From contig NZ_JMCB01000006.1 in NCBI RefSeq assembly GCF_000737315.1, forward strand, positions 82,001 to 144,000: a DNA stretch of 62,000 nt, read 5' to 3'. Source of the DNA: Hyalangium minutum (GTDB taxonomy: Bacteria; Myxococcota; Myxococcia; Myxococcales; Myxococcaceae). The notes below the pieces were generated by a model. That model searched no databases, had not been told where the DNA came from, and saw nothing but the letters and a program-made list of their open reading frames with translations. The position numbers and the translations under genes were made by a program. Shown piece after piece: positions 46,596 through 55,162 of the stretch. Position 1 is the stretch's first letter; every line of letters begins with the position of its first letter.

Positions 46596-48113
46596 CTAGC
46601 TGGCGCCGTTGCCCGTGATCACCACCGGAACCGTCTTGAGGATCAGTCCCAGATCCGTCAGCAGGGTCCAGTTGTCGATGTACTGCATGTCCAGGTACAT
46701 CCACTCCTCGAAGGAGATCTGATTGCGGCCGGAGACCTGCCAGATGCAGGTGAGACCCGGACGCACGGACAGGCGGCGGCGCTGCCAGGCAGCGTACTTC
46801 TCCACCTCCTTGGGCAGCGGCGGACGCGGGCCCACCACGCTCATCTCACCGCGCAGCACGTTGAGCAGCTGAGGCAGCTCGTCAATCGAGTACTTGCGGA
46901 TGAAGCGGCCGATGGAGGTGATCCGCGGGTCGTTCTTGATCTTGAAGACGGGGCCGCTCTGCTCATTGAGCGCCTCGAGCTTGGCGCGCAGCTCCTCGGC
47001 GTTCACCACCATGGAGCGGAACTTGAGCATGTCGAACGGCTTGCCGTGGAGGCCGACGCGCTTCTGCTTGAAGAAGATGGGGCCGCGCGAGGTGAGCTTG
47101 ATGCCCACCGCCACGGAGATGAGCAGCGGCGAGAGCACCAGCAGGCCCGCCGCCGAGGAGATGATGTCGAACAGGCGCTTGATGGCCATCTGGTGCGGCC
47201 GAGGCTGGTACGAGACGAAGTGCAGGTAGCCGTCGGACACCGCGTGGTTGTGCTCCGGGCGGGCCCGGTCCATGCGGAACGGGTGCGCCGGCAGCGCGAA
47301 CGGAATGCCGAAGCGCTCGCACAGCTTGATGGCCGCCTGCATCTCCACGCCGTGCTTCTGCACGTTGCCCGAGATGTAGACGACATCCACCGGCACGCGG
47401 CAGAGCACCTCTTCCAGCTGCTCCACCTTGCCCAGCAGCGGCTGCGGCGAGTTGGGATTCACCTTCTCGCTGCCGAAGGCCAGGTAGCCAGTGACGCGGC
47501 GGCGGCCGTGCTCGGCCAGGTGCTCGCCCGTAAGGCGGCCCATGGCGCCCAGGCCGAGGATGAGCGCCTCGTCGATGGGCTCCTCGCGCACCGCGAGCCG
47601 GCGGAACACAAAGTGCCGCAGCCCCACCACGCTCCCCCAGAGCAGCAGCGGGAAGAACGTCAGCGCCACCACGGGGTAGCCGCCTGCAATCAGCAAGCGC
47701 TCCAGGTAGAGCATGAAGGTGATGGACACCACGGTGATGGACACCAGCGCCAGGTCATCCAGCGGCGCCCGGTCCGAGAACCGCGGGTCATACAGGCACA
47801 GCGCGGTGCCCAGCAGCAGCCAGCCCAGCCCCGCCATGCCCAGCAGCAGCCACAGGTCCAGGTTGCCCACTTGCAGCTTGTGCCCCATCAGCAGCGTGGA
47901 GCCCAGCAGCGCGCCCACCACCAGGAACAAGTCCACCAGCAGGTTCAGCTTCGCCGCGAAGCCCGGCGCCAGCCGTCCCCGAGTGGCCTTGGCCGCCAGC
48001 GCAGGCACCGCCATCATCCGCGAGGGCTCGGGGGCCGGCACCACGGCAGGCTGAACGGGCGCCGCCGGCTGCGGATTCTCGGAGACTTCTTTCTGGACCG
48101 ATGCGGATTGCAT
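46596..48113 (-). CDS. epsZ: Polyisoprenyl-phosphate hexose-1-phosphate transferase (WcaJ/WbaP family), EpsZ-like
   Basis: N-terminal TM segments, LILGLGAMG, IKRLFDI, FDMLKFRSM, KYSIDELPQLLNVLRGEMSVVGPRP and RPGLTCIWQV. Confidence 0.9.
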   Translation of the reverse strand: MQSASVQKEVSENPQPAAPVQPAVVPAPEPSRMMAVPALAAKATRGRLAPGFAAKLNLLVDLFLVVGALLGSTLLMGHKLQVGNLDLWLLLGMAGLGWLLLGTALCLYDPRFSDRAPLDDLALVSITVVSITFMLYLERLLIAGGYPVVALTFFPLLLWGSVVGLRHFVFRRLAVREEPIDEALILGLGAMGRLTGEHLAEHGRRRVTGYLAFGSEKVNPNSPQPLLGKVEQLEEVLCRVPVDVVYISGNVQKHGVEMQAAIKLCERFGIPFALPAHPFRMDRARPEHNHAVSDGYLHFVSYQPRPHQMAIKRLFDIISSAAGLLVLSPLLISVAVGIKLTSRGPIFFKQKRVGLHGKPFDMLKFRSMVVNAEELRAKLEALNEQSGPVFKIKNDPRITSIGRFIRKYSIDELPQLLNVLRGEMSVVGPRPPLPKEVEKYAAWQRRRLSVRPGLTCIWQVSGRNQISFEEWMYLDMQYIDNWTLLTDLGLILKTVPVVITGNGAS

Positions 48114-48467
48114 GCCAAGCTCCCCACGACCCGGGATCCTCCCCCGGAGTGACACCGCCCACCTGCGAGAGTGGGCAAGAAATCACGGCACCACCACGCT
48201 CTGGACCCGCGAAGATTGTATGGGCCTGTGAAAAGTGCACGCAAGCACGTGAAAAATTACGGACTTCCTCCCACCTGACAGGCGGGGTGCTTGTTTGCCG
48301 ATCGGAAATTCGCCCCTACTCCCGAGCACTTGCGGCTCTGATTGTCGACAGTGATCAGTATGTATCAATCCAGCCGAAGAGGACCTGATAGGTCGTCTCC
48401 CCTGGCCGCTACCAGGATTTCTCTGGAAGTGTTTTGTCGGGATTTTCCGGTTCTGTAAATTTGGAGG

Positions 48468-49496
48468 CTAAGAAAACGGAGCGAGGATGCGCTCGACGTA
48501 GCGCTCCACGGAGAAGTCCCGCTCGGCCTTCTCGCGGGCGCGGCGGCCCATGGCCTCGGCCTCCTGGGGATGATCCAGCAGCCACTGCAGGCGCTCACGC
48601 AGTGCTACAGGATTGCCCGGCTCCACGTGGAAGCCCGTGACGCCGTCCTCGATGAAGCCCTCGACGTACGGGTTGCGCGTGAGGATGACGGGCTTGCCCA
48701 TGGCCATGCCCTCCAGGGCCACGGTGATGCCGCTGATGATGGGGCGGGCCAGGGGCACCACCACCACGCGGGACTCGGCGTAGAGCTGGCGCAGGTTCGC
48801 GTAGCTGCCCCACGAGCGCATCTCCACGTTCGGCGGCAGCATGGCGCTCTGGGTCTCGCCCTTGTTGGCCACCGAGTAGCGCCAGATGGTGTCCGCGGCG
48901 ATCTTCACGTCCGCGTCCAGCCCCGTGGCCGCCTCAATCAGCGTGCCGTAGTCGCGGTTCACCGCGCCCGCCGCGCATACCTGGCGCTTGAGCGGCGTCT
49001 CCGGCTGGGGCTGGAAGTAGGCCGTGTCCACGCGCGAGTAGATGACGCTCACCTTCTCGCGCGGAATGCCGTAGTGCTCCACCAGCACCTTCTGGCTGTG
49101 CGGGGACAGGCACAGCACGTGGTCCACGCGCCGCTGGAGGCCCAGCTTGGAGAGCGCCAGCCAGCGCTTCTTGCTGGACACGTTGTGCACCAGCAGCACG
49201 ATGCGGCGCTTGCGGCGGCTCATCACCGCGTCGCACGCGAGGAACTGGAGCGCGGGGAACTCCTCGGCGAGAAAGAGGTTCTGGCGCTCGCGCGTCTCCT
49301 TCCACGCGGCCAGGGCGAAGCGGGCGCAGTCCACGTTGGACGCGGGGTTCATCCCCCGCTGCGCCATGGAGACCACCTGGGTGAAGGCCCCCTGGCTCAT
49401 GGCCGCGAACTCCAGCATGGGGCCCTTCTTCTCCAGCGCATCGGTGACGCGGCTGACGGGCTCACCCACGCCGATGTATGCGGAGTCTTGGGGCAT
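48468..49496 (-). CDS. Glycosyltransferase family 4 (GT-B)
   Basis: SRVDTAYF, AGAVNRDYGTL, GITVALEGMAMGKPVI and IEDGVTGFHV. Confidence 0.85.
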   Translation of the reverse strand: MPQDSAYIGVGEPVSRVTDALEKKGPMLEFAAMSQGAFTQVVSMAQRGMNPASNVDCARFALAAWKETRERQNLFLAEEFPALQFLACDAVMSRRKRRIVLLVHNVSSKKRWLALSKLGLQRRVDHVLCLSPHSQKVLVEHYGIPREKVSVIYSRVDTAYFQPQPETPLKRQVCAAGAVNRDYGTLIEAATGLDADVKIAADTIWRYSVANKGETQSAMLPPNVEMRSWGSYANLRQLYAESRVVVVPLARPIISGITVALEGMAMGKPVILTRNPYVEGFIEDGVTGFHVEPGNPVALRERLQWLLDHPQEAEAMGRRAREKAERDFSVERYVERILAPFS

Positions 49497-49508
49497 GCCC
49501 CTCCTCTA

Positions 49509-51137
49509 TCACGAGCCCTCGGTGGGGCGCGCTGGCAGAGAGACCGTGAAGACGGTGCCCACCCCCTGCTCGCTCTGCACCTCGATGTCTCCCCCGAGCC
49601 GCCGGACGATGTCCCGGCTGATGGAGAGCCCCAGCCCCGTGCCCGTCGTCATCCCCTTCGTGGTGAAGAAGGGCTGGAAGACGCGCGACAGGTGCTCCGG
49701 GGCAATGCCCGGCCCCGTGTCCGCCACCTCGACGATGGCCCGGTCTCCCGCTCGAAGGCTGGTGACGCGGATCTCCCGCCGGGGGCCCTTCCAGTCGGAC
49801 AGGGCCTGCGCCGCGTTGATGATCAGGTTGCTGAAGACCTGGGAGACGCGCCCCGGTGTGCCCTTCACCTGGATGCCGTCGGACAGCTCCACGACGACCA
49901 TGGCGGCGGGTGTCGTCTCGGCGCGGGTGATGCGCAGCGCGGAGCGGATGGCCTCGTTCAGATCGAACCACCCCGCCGTCGCGTCATCCATCCGCGACAG
50001 TGCCCGCATGTCCCGGATGATTTCACAGATGCGACGCGTGCCCTCGTACGCCTCGCTCGCAGCCTCCTGGATGGCCTCGAACTCCTCCTGCTCGCGCGGC
50101 CCCCAGCTGAGGGGCTCCCGCGGCTCCTTCGCGTGGGGCTCGTGGTGCAGGGTGCGGCTGAGCAGGTTCAGGCCCTTCTGGATGTACAGGAGGTTGCTGA
50201 GGACAAAGGAGGCCGGGTTGTTGATCTCGTGGCTGATGCCGGCGGCCACCAGGCCCATGGAGGCCATCCGCTCGGAGGCGGAGAGCTGGCCGGCCATGCG
50301 CGCGTTCTCCAGCGCCAGCACGGCATGAGAGGCCAGCAGCGAGGCCCGGTCCAGCTCGCCCCGGTTGAGCGCGCGCATCTCGGAGCGGCGCAGGACGACG
50401 AGCACCCCCAACATCCGCTCCCGCGCGGCCAGGGGCAGCACACAGACGGAGAGCTCCCGAGGCAGCGTCTGAAAGTCCTTGAAGCGCCAGTCCCCGCCCA
50501 GCGGCCCGAGCACCGCGGGCATCTGGTCCCGCGAGAGCATGCGGACCATCCGCTCGCCCAGGGACAGGCACAGCGCGCTCTCCTCCTCGCCCAACAGCCC
50601 CTGGGCGTGCGCCACCTGCAGCTTGCCGTCCGTGTCCGGCAGCGCCAGCAGCGCCGCGTCCGCGGCCATGAACGAGCGCACGCTGTCCACGATGGCGCGC
50701 GGCAGCTGCTCGATGGCGTTCTGCTCGAAGAGGGCCTGGCTCAGCCGCACCAGGTCCGTGGAGACGTTGAAGCGGCGCTTCTCCAGCGCGCGTGACACGC
50801 AGCTGAACAGCTCCTGGAGGTTGAACGGCTTGCGCAGCAAGTCGAACGCGCCGGCGCGCATGCACTCGATGGCGGTGTCCAGCTCCGCGTAGGCGGTGGC
50901 CACCACCACCTCGGTGGAGGGAGACACCTCGCGCACCCGGCGCAGCAGCTCCATGCCGCTCAGGTTCGGCATCCGCACGTCCGTCAGCACCAGGTCGAAC
51001 GAGGCGTCGCGCAGCCGCGACAGGGCCTCCGCCCCGTTGGTGGCCTCGGCCACCTCGTGCCCCTCGAGCGTCAACATCTCGCGGAGCAGCTGACGGATGT
51101 CCCGCTCATCGTCCACGATGAGGATATGTCCCGGCAT
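49509..51137 (-). CDS. Cytoplasmic hybrid histidine kinase REC-GAF-HisKA-HATPase
   Basis: REC (ILIVDD, LTDVRMP, LRKP), GAF-like middle region, H-box HEINNP, N-box NLIINAAQA, DTGPG and FFTTKG...GTGLGL. Confidence 0.9.
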   Translation of the reverse strand: MPGHILIVDDERDIRQLLREMLTLEGHEVAEATNGAEALSRLRDASFDLVLTDVRMPNLSGMELLRRVREVSPSTEVVVATAYAELDTAIECMRAGAFDLLRKPFNLQELFSCVSRALEKRRFNVSTDLVRLSQALFEQNAIEQLPRAIVDSVRSFMAADAALLALPDTDGKLQVAHAQGLLGEEESALCLSLGERMVRMLSRDQMPAVLGPLGGDWRFKDFQTLPRELSVCVLPLAARERMLGVLVVLRRSEMRALNRGELDRASLLASHAVLALENARMAGQLSASERMASMGLVAAGISHEINNPASFVLSNLLYIQKGLNLLSRTLHHEPHAKEPREPLSWGPREQEEFEAIQEAASEAYEGTRRICEIIRDMRALSRMDDATAGWFDLNEAIRSALRITRAETTPAAMVVVELSDGIQVKGTPGRVSQVFSNLIINAAQALSDWKGPRREIRVTSLRAGDRAIVEVADTGPGIAPEHLSRVFQPFFTTKGMTTGTGLGLSISRDIVRRLGGDIEVQSEQGVGTVFTVSLPARPTEGS

Positions 51138-51155
51138 GATGTCGCGGCCTCTCCC

Positions 51156-52991
51156 CTACCTCGCCGCCGGAAGCACCAGCCGGAAGACACTGCCTCCCGA
51201 GGGCCTCGGTGAGGCGGTGAGGTCCGCGCCCATGCGGCGCAGCAGCCGCCACGCCAGCGCGAGCCCGAAGTTCAGGCGCAAGGTGTCCCCGCTCTGTGAA
51301 TCGGCCTGGATGCGCGGGTCGAAGATCTCCGCGTGCCGCGCCTCACTCAGCGTGAGCAGGGAGTCCTCCAGTTGGATGAAGGCACGCCCATCCGCGTACC
51401 CAGCGAGGACCTTCAGCGGCACGGGCGGCTGGCCCTGGGGCAACGGGCTGGCCTCGCACAGGAAGGAGAGGATGCGCTTGAGGCTGGAGGTGAAGTCCTG
51501 CAGCCCCACCCACGCGAACACGGGCCCCGAAGTCTCTACCTGGAATGGCCGGCACAAGGTGGTATCGCGCACCTGGCGCTCCAGCAGCTCCGTGATGTCC
51601 ACCCGCGCGGCGGGCGACACCGGGCTCCCTCCCGACACGGCACGCAGCTCCTCGAGCAGGCGCTCCACGCGGCGGATGCCGTCCATGGCATCCACGGCCG
51701 ACTCCTCCACGTCCTGGATGGAGGTCTCCGTCTCGTGGCCCGCCGCGGTGAGCAGCTTGTGCGCCAGTTCCTTGCAGCGAGGGTCGTCCTTCTGGGAGAG
51801 CTCCTGCGCCGCGTCGCGGGCCGTGCGCCACAGGGACTTCACATCCTTCGAGTAAGAGGACAGCGCCTGCAAGCCGGCCTTGGTGAAGGCCAGGGGGTTG
51901 CTCAGCTCGTGCGTCACCCCGGCGGCCAGCTTGCCCACCGTGGCCAGCTTCTCGGCCTTCACCAGCTCCTCGCGCGTGGCCTCCAGGTCCTTCACGCGGG
52001 CCTCGAGCTCGCCGTTGAGGCGCGCCGTCTCCAGCGCCAGTGCGAGCTGCGCGGCGAACAGGCTGCCCCGCTGCAGCTCCGAGACCGAGAACCCTGGCTG
52101 GCCCACGCCGCGCAACAGGATGAGGCAGCCTGCGGGCGCATCTCCCACTTGCAGCGAGTACGCCAGCGCCGAGCCCAGCCGATCCACCGGCACGAAGGGC
52201 CAGTCGCGCGAGGTGCGCACCAGACACACGGGCTCCTGCGCCTGAATGGCCCGCCGGGACAGCTCCCGCAGCGCGAGGGGCGGCACCTCCAGCCCATCCG
52301 TGGAGGGGCAGATGCTCAGCTCGGCCTGCCCTCGCTCCGGCAGCAGCAACCGGAACGCCTGGTGCGGCACGAGGTCCAGCGTCAGCTCGCCCAGGTGCGC
52401 CAGCACCTCGGCACGGGTCCGCAGCGAGAGCAGCGCGCAGCTCACCTCGTACAGCGGCACCAGCGAGCGCAGGCGCCGCTTCTCCACCGCCCGGAGGATG
52501 AGGTGGCGCAGCTCGGCGATGTCATACGGCTTGCGGATGTAGTCGTACGCGCCCTGCTTCATGCAGGCCAGCGCCGTCTCCAGGCTCGCGTAGCCGGTGG
52601 CGACGATGATTTCCATGTCCGGGTCCAGCTCGCGCAGCGCGGACACCGTCTCCACGCCATTCATGCCCGGCATCTTCAAGTCGGTGATGGCCACGTCGAA
52701 GCGGCGGGTGCCCAGCAGCGACACCGCCGAGCGGCCCCCGTCCGCCGTCACCACCTCGAACTCGTTGGCGGGCAGCGAGAAGGCCAGCATCTCGCGCATG
52801 TCCGGCTCATCGTCGATGACGAGCACGGAGATGCCTCCTCCCGGGGTGAGCTCCTGCACGCTGCGCTTGGGGAGCGGCGAAGCGGAGGCGCCGCGGGACG
52901 CGGACGCGCCCCCGGCGAGGCTCTCGTCCCGGGTGGCAAACCGGCCCTCCCCAGGAGCCTCTGGCGACGGACCTATGAGCTTCACTTCCAT
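51156..52991 (-). CDS. REC-GAF-HisKA protein with degenerate HATPase domain (probable pseudokinase)
   Basis: Intact REC (VIDD, TDLKMP, IRKP) and H-box HELSNP. N-box, G1 and G2 are replaced by RILSFL, EDSLLT and LRLNFGL. Confidence 0.8.
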   Translation of the reverse strand: MEVKLIGPSPEAPGEGRFATRDESLAGGASASRGASASPLPKRSVQELTPGGGISVLVIDDEPDMREMLAFSLPANEFEVVTADGGRSAVSLLGTRRFDVAITDLKMPGMNGVETVSALRELDPDMEIIVATGYASLETALACMKQGAYDYIRKPYDIAELRHLILRAVEKRRLRSLVPLYEVSCALLSLRTRAEVLAHLGELTLDLVPHQAFRLLLPERGQAELSICPSTDGLEVPPLALRELSRRAIQAQEPVCLVRTSRDWPFVPVDRLGSALAYSLQVGDAPAGCLILLRGVGQPGFSVSELQRGSLFAAQLALALETARLNGELEARVKDLEATREELVKAEKLATVGKLAAGVTHELSNPLAFTKAGLQALSSYSKDVKSLWRTARDAAQELSQKDDPRCKELAHKLLTAAGHETETSIQDVEESAVDAMDGIRRVERLLEELRAVSGGSPVSPAARVDITELLERQVRDTTLCRPFQVETSGPVFAWVGLQDFTSSLKRILSFLCEASPLPQGQPPVPLKVLAGYADGRAFIQLEDSLLTLSEARHAEIFDPRIQADSQSGDTLRLNFGLALAWRLLRRMGADLTASPRPSGGSVFRLVLPAAR

Positions 52992-55159
52992 GCGGTCGCC
53001 TCCATGCGGTGCGCCTGGGGGGGCGCTCCTGCCGCCGGAAGCCACAGCCGGACCGTCGTCCCGGCTCCCGGAGATGTCTTCACGTCGAGGGCACCTCCGT
53101 GCGCCTCGACAATGTTCCTTGTAATGGACAATCCGAGCCCTGTCCCCTGTCCGACGGGCTTGGTGGTGAAGAATGGATCGAAGGCGCGCAGAAGCACCTC
53201 CTCGGACATACCGCTGCCGGTGTCCGTCACCACGAGTTCCACCCCGCCCCCTGGGGCCACCGGCTGGGCGCTCACCTGCACGGCCCCCCCGCTCGGTGTC
53301 GCGTCCAGCGCGTTGGTAATCAGGTTGAGCAAGGCAGACTCGATTTCCTGGACGCTGACTTCCAGCTCGGGCAGCTCCGGAGAGGGGGGGAGTACCTCAA
53401 AGGAGACCCCCGCCCGGTTCGCTTGACCACGCACCAGCTCCGTTACCCTCTCGAAGAGAACGGCCACCGCCACGCGCTCGCGGATGGGGACCTTCTTGCG
53501 CGAGAAGTCCAGCAGCGCCCGGACGAGCTGGGCACAGCGCTGGGCCTGCCGCTCGATGGAGGCCACCGCACCCCGGACACTGTCCTCCAGGGTATTGCGC
53601 CGCGCCAGCCCTTGGGCGTAGCCGATGATGATGCCCAGCGGGTTGTTGAGCTCGTGCGAGAGCCCCGCGACGAGCGTGCCCATGGCGGCCATCTTCTCCG
53701 ACTGGACGAGGGACTCGCGCAGCCGCTTCACCTCGCGCTGATCCCTCATGATGAAGAGATACCCCATGGGCTGGCCGGCCGCGTCCGCGATGCGTGTCAC
53801 CTGCAACTGTACCAGGACGGGCCCCGCCTCCCGGCTCGTGAGGGTGACCTCCGCCTCGGCGGGCTGGCCGGTGGCGCTGGCGCGGGTGATGAGCTCGGAG
53901 ATGGCCTCCCGGGCCCCCGCGGCCACCATCGGGGCCAGGAAGGAGCTCTCGGCAAGCTGCTCCAGGCGCCACCCGAAGAGGCCCTCCGCGGCCTGATTCC
54001 AGACGCGCGCCTTGCCCTGGAGATCCATCAGCGCGATGGCGCTCGGGGCGGCGGAGGTGATGTGGGCCAGCAGGGCGGCCTTGTCTCGCGAGCGCTCCAG
54101 CTCCGCGGTGCGCTGCTCCAGCCGCTCGAGCATCTCGTCGAAGGTGCGGGCAATGGAGCCCAGCTCGTCCCGGGACCGGAGCCGGATGCGCTGGCTCAGG
54201 TCGCCTTCGTCGACGATGCGCCGCATGGTGTCCTCGATGCGCTCCAGCGGGTGCAGCAGGCTGCGGGTCCCCCAGACGATCACCACCGCGAACAGCACGG
54301 CCAGCAGCGCTCCGGCGCCCACCATCTGCTGGCGCAGCTCCTGGAGCGGCAGGGTGAGCCTCTCGGCGGGCACGGAGAGCACCAGGGACCAGTGCAGCGC
54401 GTGCTGGAGGGGGAAGCCCTTCAGCGGCTCGACCAGGTAGATGGTGTCCTCCTGCTGGAAGGTGGTCTGCACGGGGGTGGGACCCAGGCTCCGGACCTTC
54501 TCCAGCGCCTCCGAGGGAATGAACCCGAACAGCGGCCCCTGGCCGGAGAACAGGGCTGCCTCGAGACCGCTCCTCAGGGCAACCTCCTGCAGATGGGAGA
54601 GGTCTAACTCGGACACCACCGCCCCCTCGGCGTGCTCCTGGTAGAGGACGGGAACGGCGAACAGCAGGTGCGTGTGGTCCTCTCGCTGGGTGACGGTGAG
54701 GACGCGCTTCCCGTCCTGCACCTGCGGCCACCAGGGCTCGTCGGCGAAGTGCACGGCATGCGCGGGGCTGTCCGCCGGCACCCTGTTGCGGGCGATGGTG
54801 CGCCCCGCGAAGTCCACCAGCCACACGTCCGTCTGGTCCCCGCCCAGGCCGGGCAGCTCCAGCCGCTGCATGAAGGGCACCAGGTAGTCACCGCGCCCCA
54901 TCGGGTCGATGACGCTGTTGACCATGAACGTGTTGGAGGCCAGCGACTTCATGAAGTCCCACTTGAGGGTCAGCTGGGCCTCGATGTCGTTGGAGACGGT
55001 GACAGCCGTCAGCTGGAGCTGCTGCTCGATCTTCTCCGCGAGCGCCTCCCTCGCTTTGCCCGAGACAGTGGCGACGAGCACCCCTACGGTGGCCACGTCG
55101 ATCAGGAAGAAGAACAGGAGGATCTTTCCCTGAAGGCTTCGGAAGAAGCGCACGGCCAC
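52982..55159 (-). CDS. Membrane sensor histidine kinase (periplasmic Cache-like, HAMP, PAS, HisKA, HATPase)
   Basis: Two TM segments, HAMP (PLERI...DELG), PAS (MDLQGK...WNQAAE.LFG), HELNNPL, NLITNALDA, DTGSG and FFTTKPVGQGTGLGL. Confidence 0.9.
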   Translation of the reverse strand: MAVRFFRSLQGKILLFFFLIDVATVGVLVATVSGKAREALAEKIEQQLQLTAVTVSNDIEAQLTLKWDFMKSLASNTFMVNSVIDPMGRGDYLVPFMQRLELPGLGGDQTDVWLVDFAGRTIARNRVPADSPAHAVHFADEPWWPQVQDGKRVLTVTQREDHTHLLFAVPVLYQEHAEGAVVSELDLSHLQEVALRSGLEAALFSGQGPLFGFIPSEALEKVRSLGPTPVQTTFQQEDTIYLVEPLKGFPLQHALHWSLVLSVPAERLTLPLQELRQQMVGAGALLAVLFAVVIVWGTRSLLHPLERIEDTMRRIVDEGDLSQRIRLRSRDELGSIARTFDEMLERLEQRTAELERSRDKAALLAHITSAAPSAIALMDLQGKARVWNQAAEGLFGWRLEQLAESSFLAPMVAAGAREAISELITRASATGQPAEAEVTLTSREAGPVLVQLQVTRIADAAGQPMGYLFIMRDQREVKRLRESLVQSEKMAAMGTLVAGLSHELNNPLGIIIGYAQGLARRNTLEDSVRGAVASIERQAQRCAQLVRALLDFSRKKVPIRERVAVAVLFERVTELVRGQANRAGVSFEVLPPSPELPELEVSVQEIESALLNLITNALDATPSGGAVQVSAQPVAPGGGVELVVTDTGSGMSEEVLLRAFDPFFTTKPVGQGTGLGLSITRNIVEAHGGALDVKTSPGAGTTVRLWLPAAGAPPQAHRMEATAWK

Positions 55160-55162
55160 CTC

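Noticed and set aside
48570-55000. Several long + strand ORFs (741, 697, 532, 475 aa) opposite the kinase operon
   Set aside because: Antisense or alternate-frame artefacts typical of 70% GC DNA; the minus-strand frames carry the conserved motifs.
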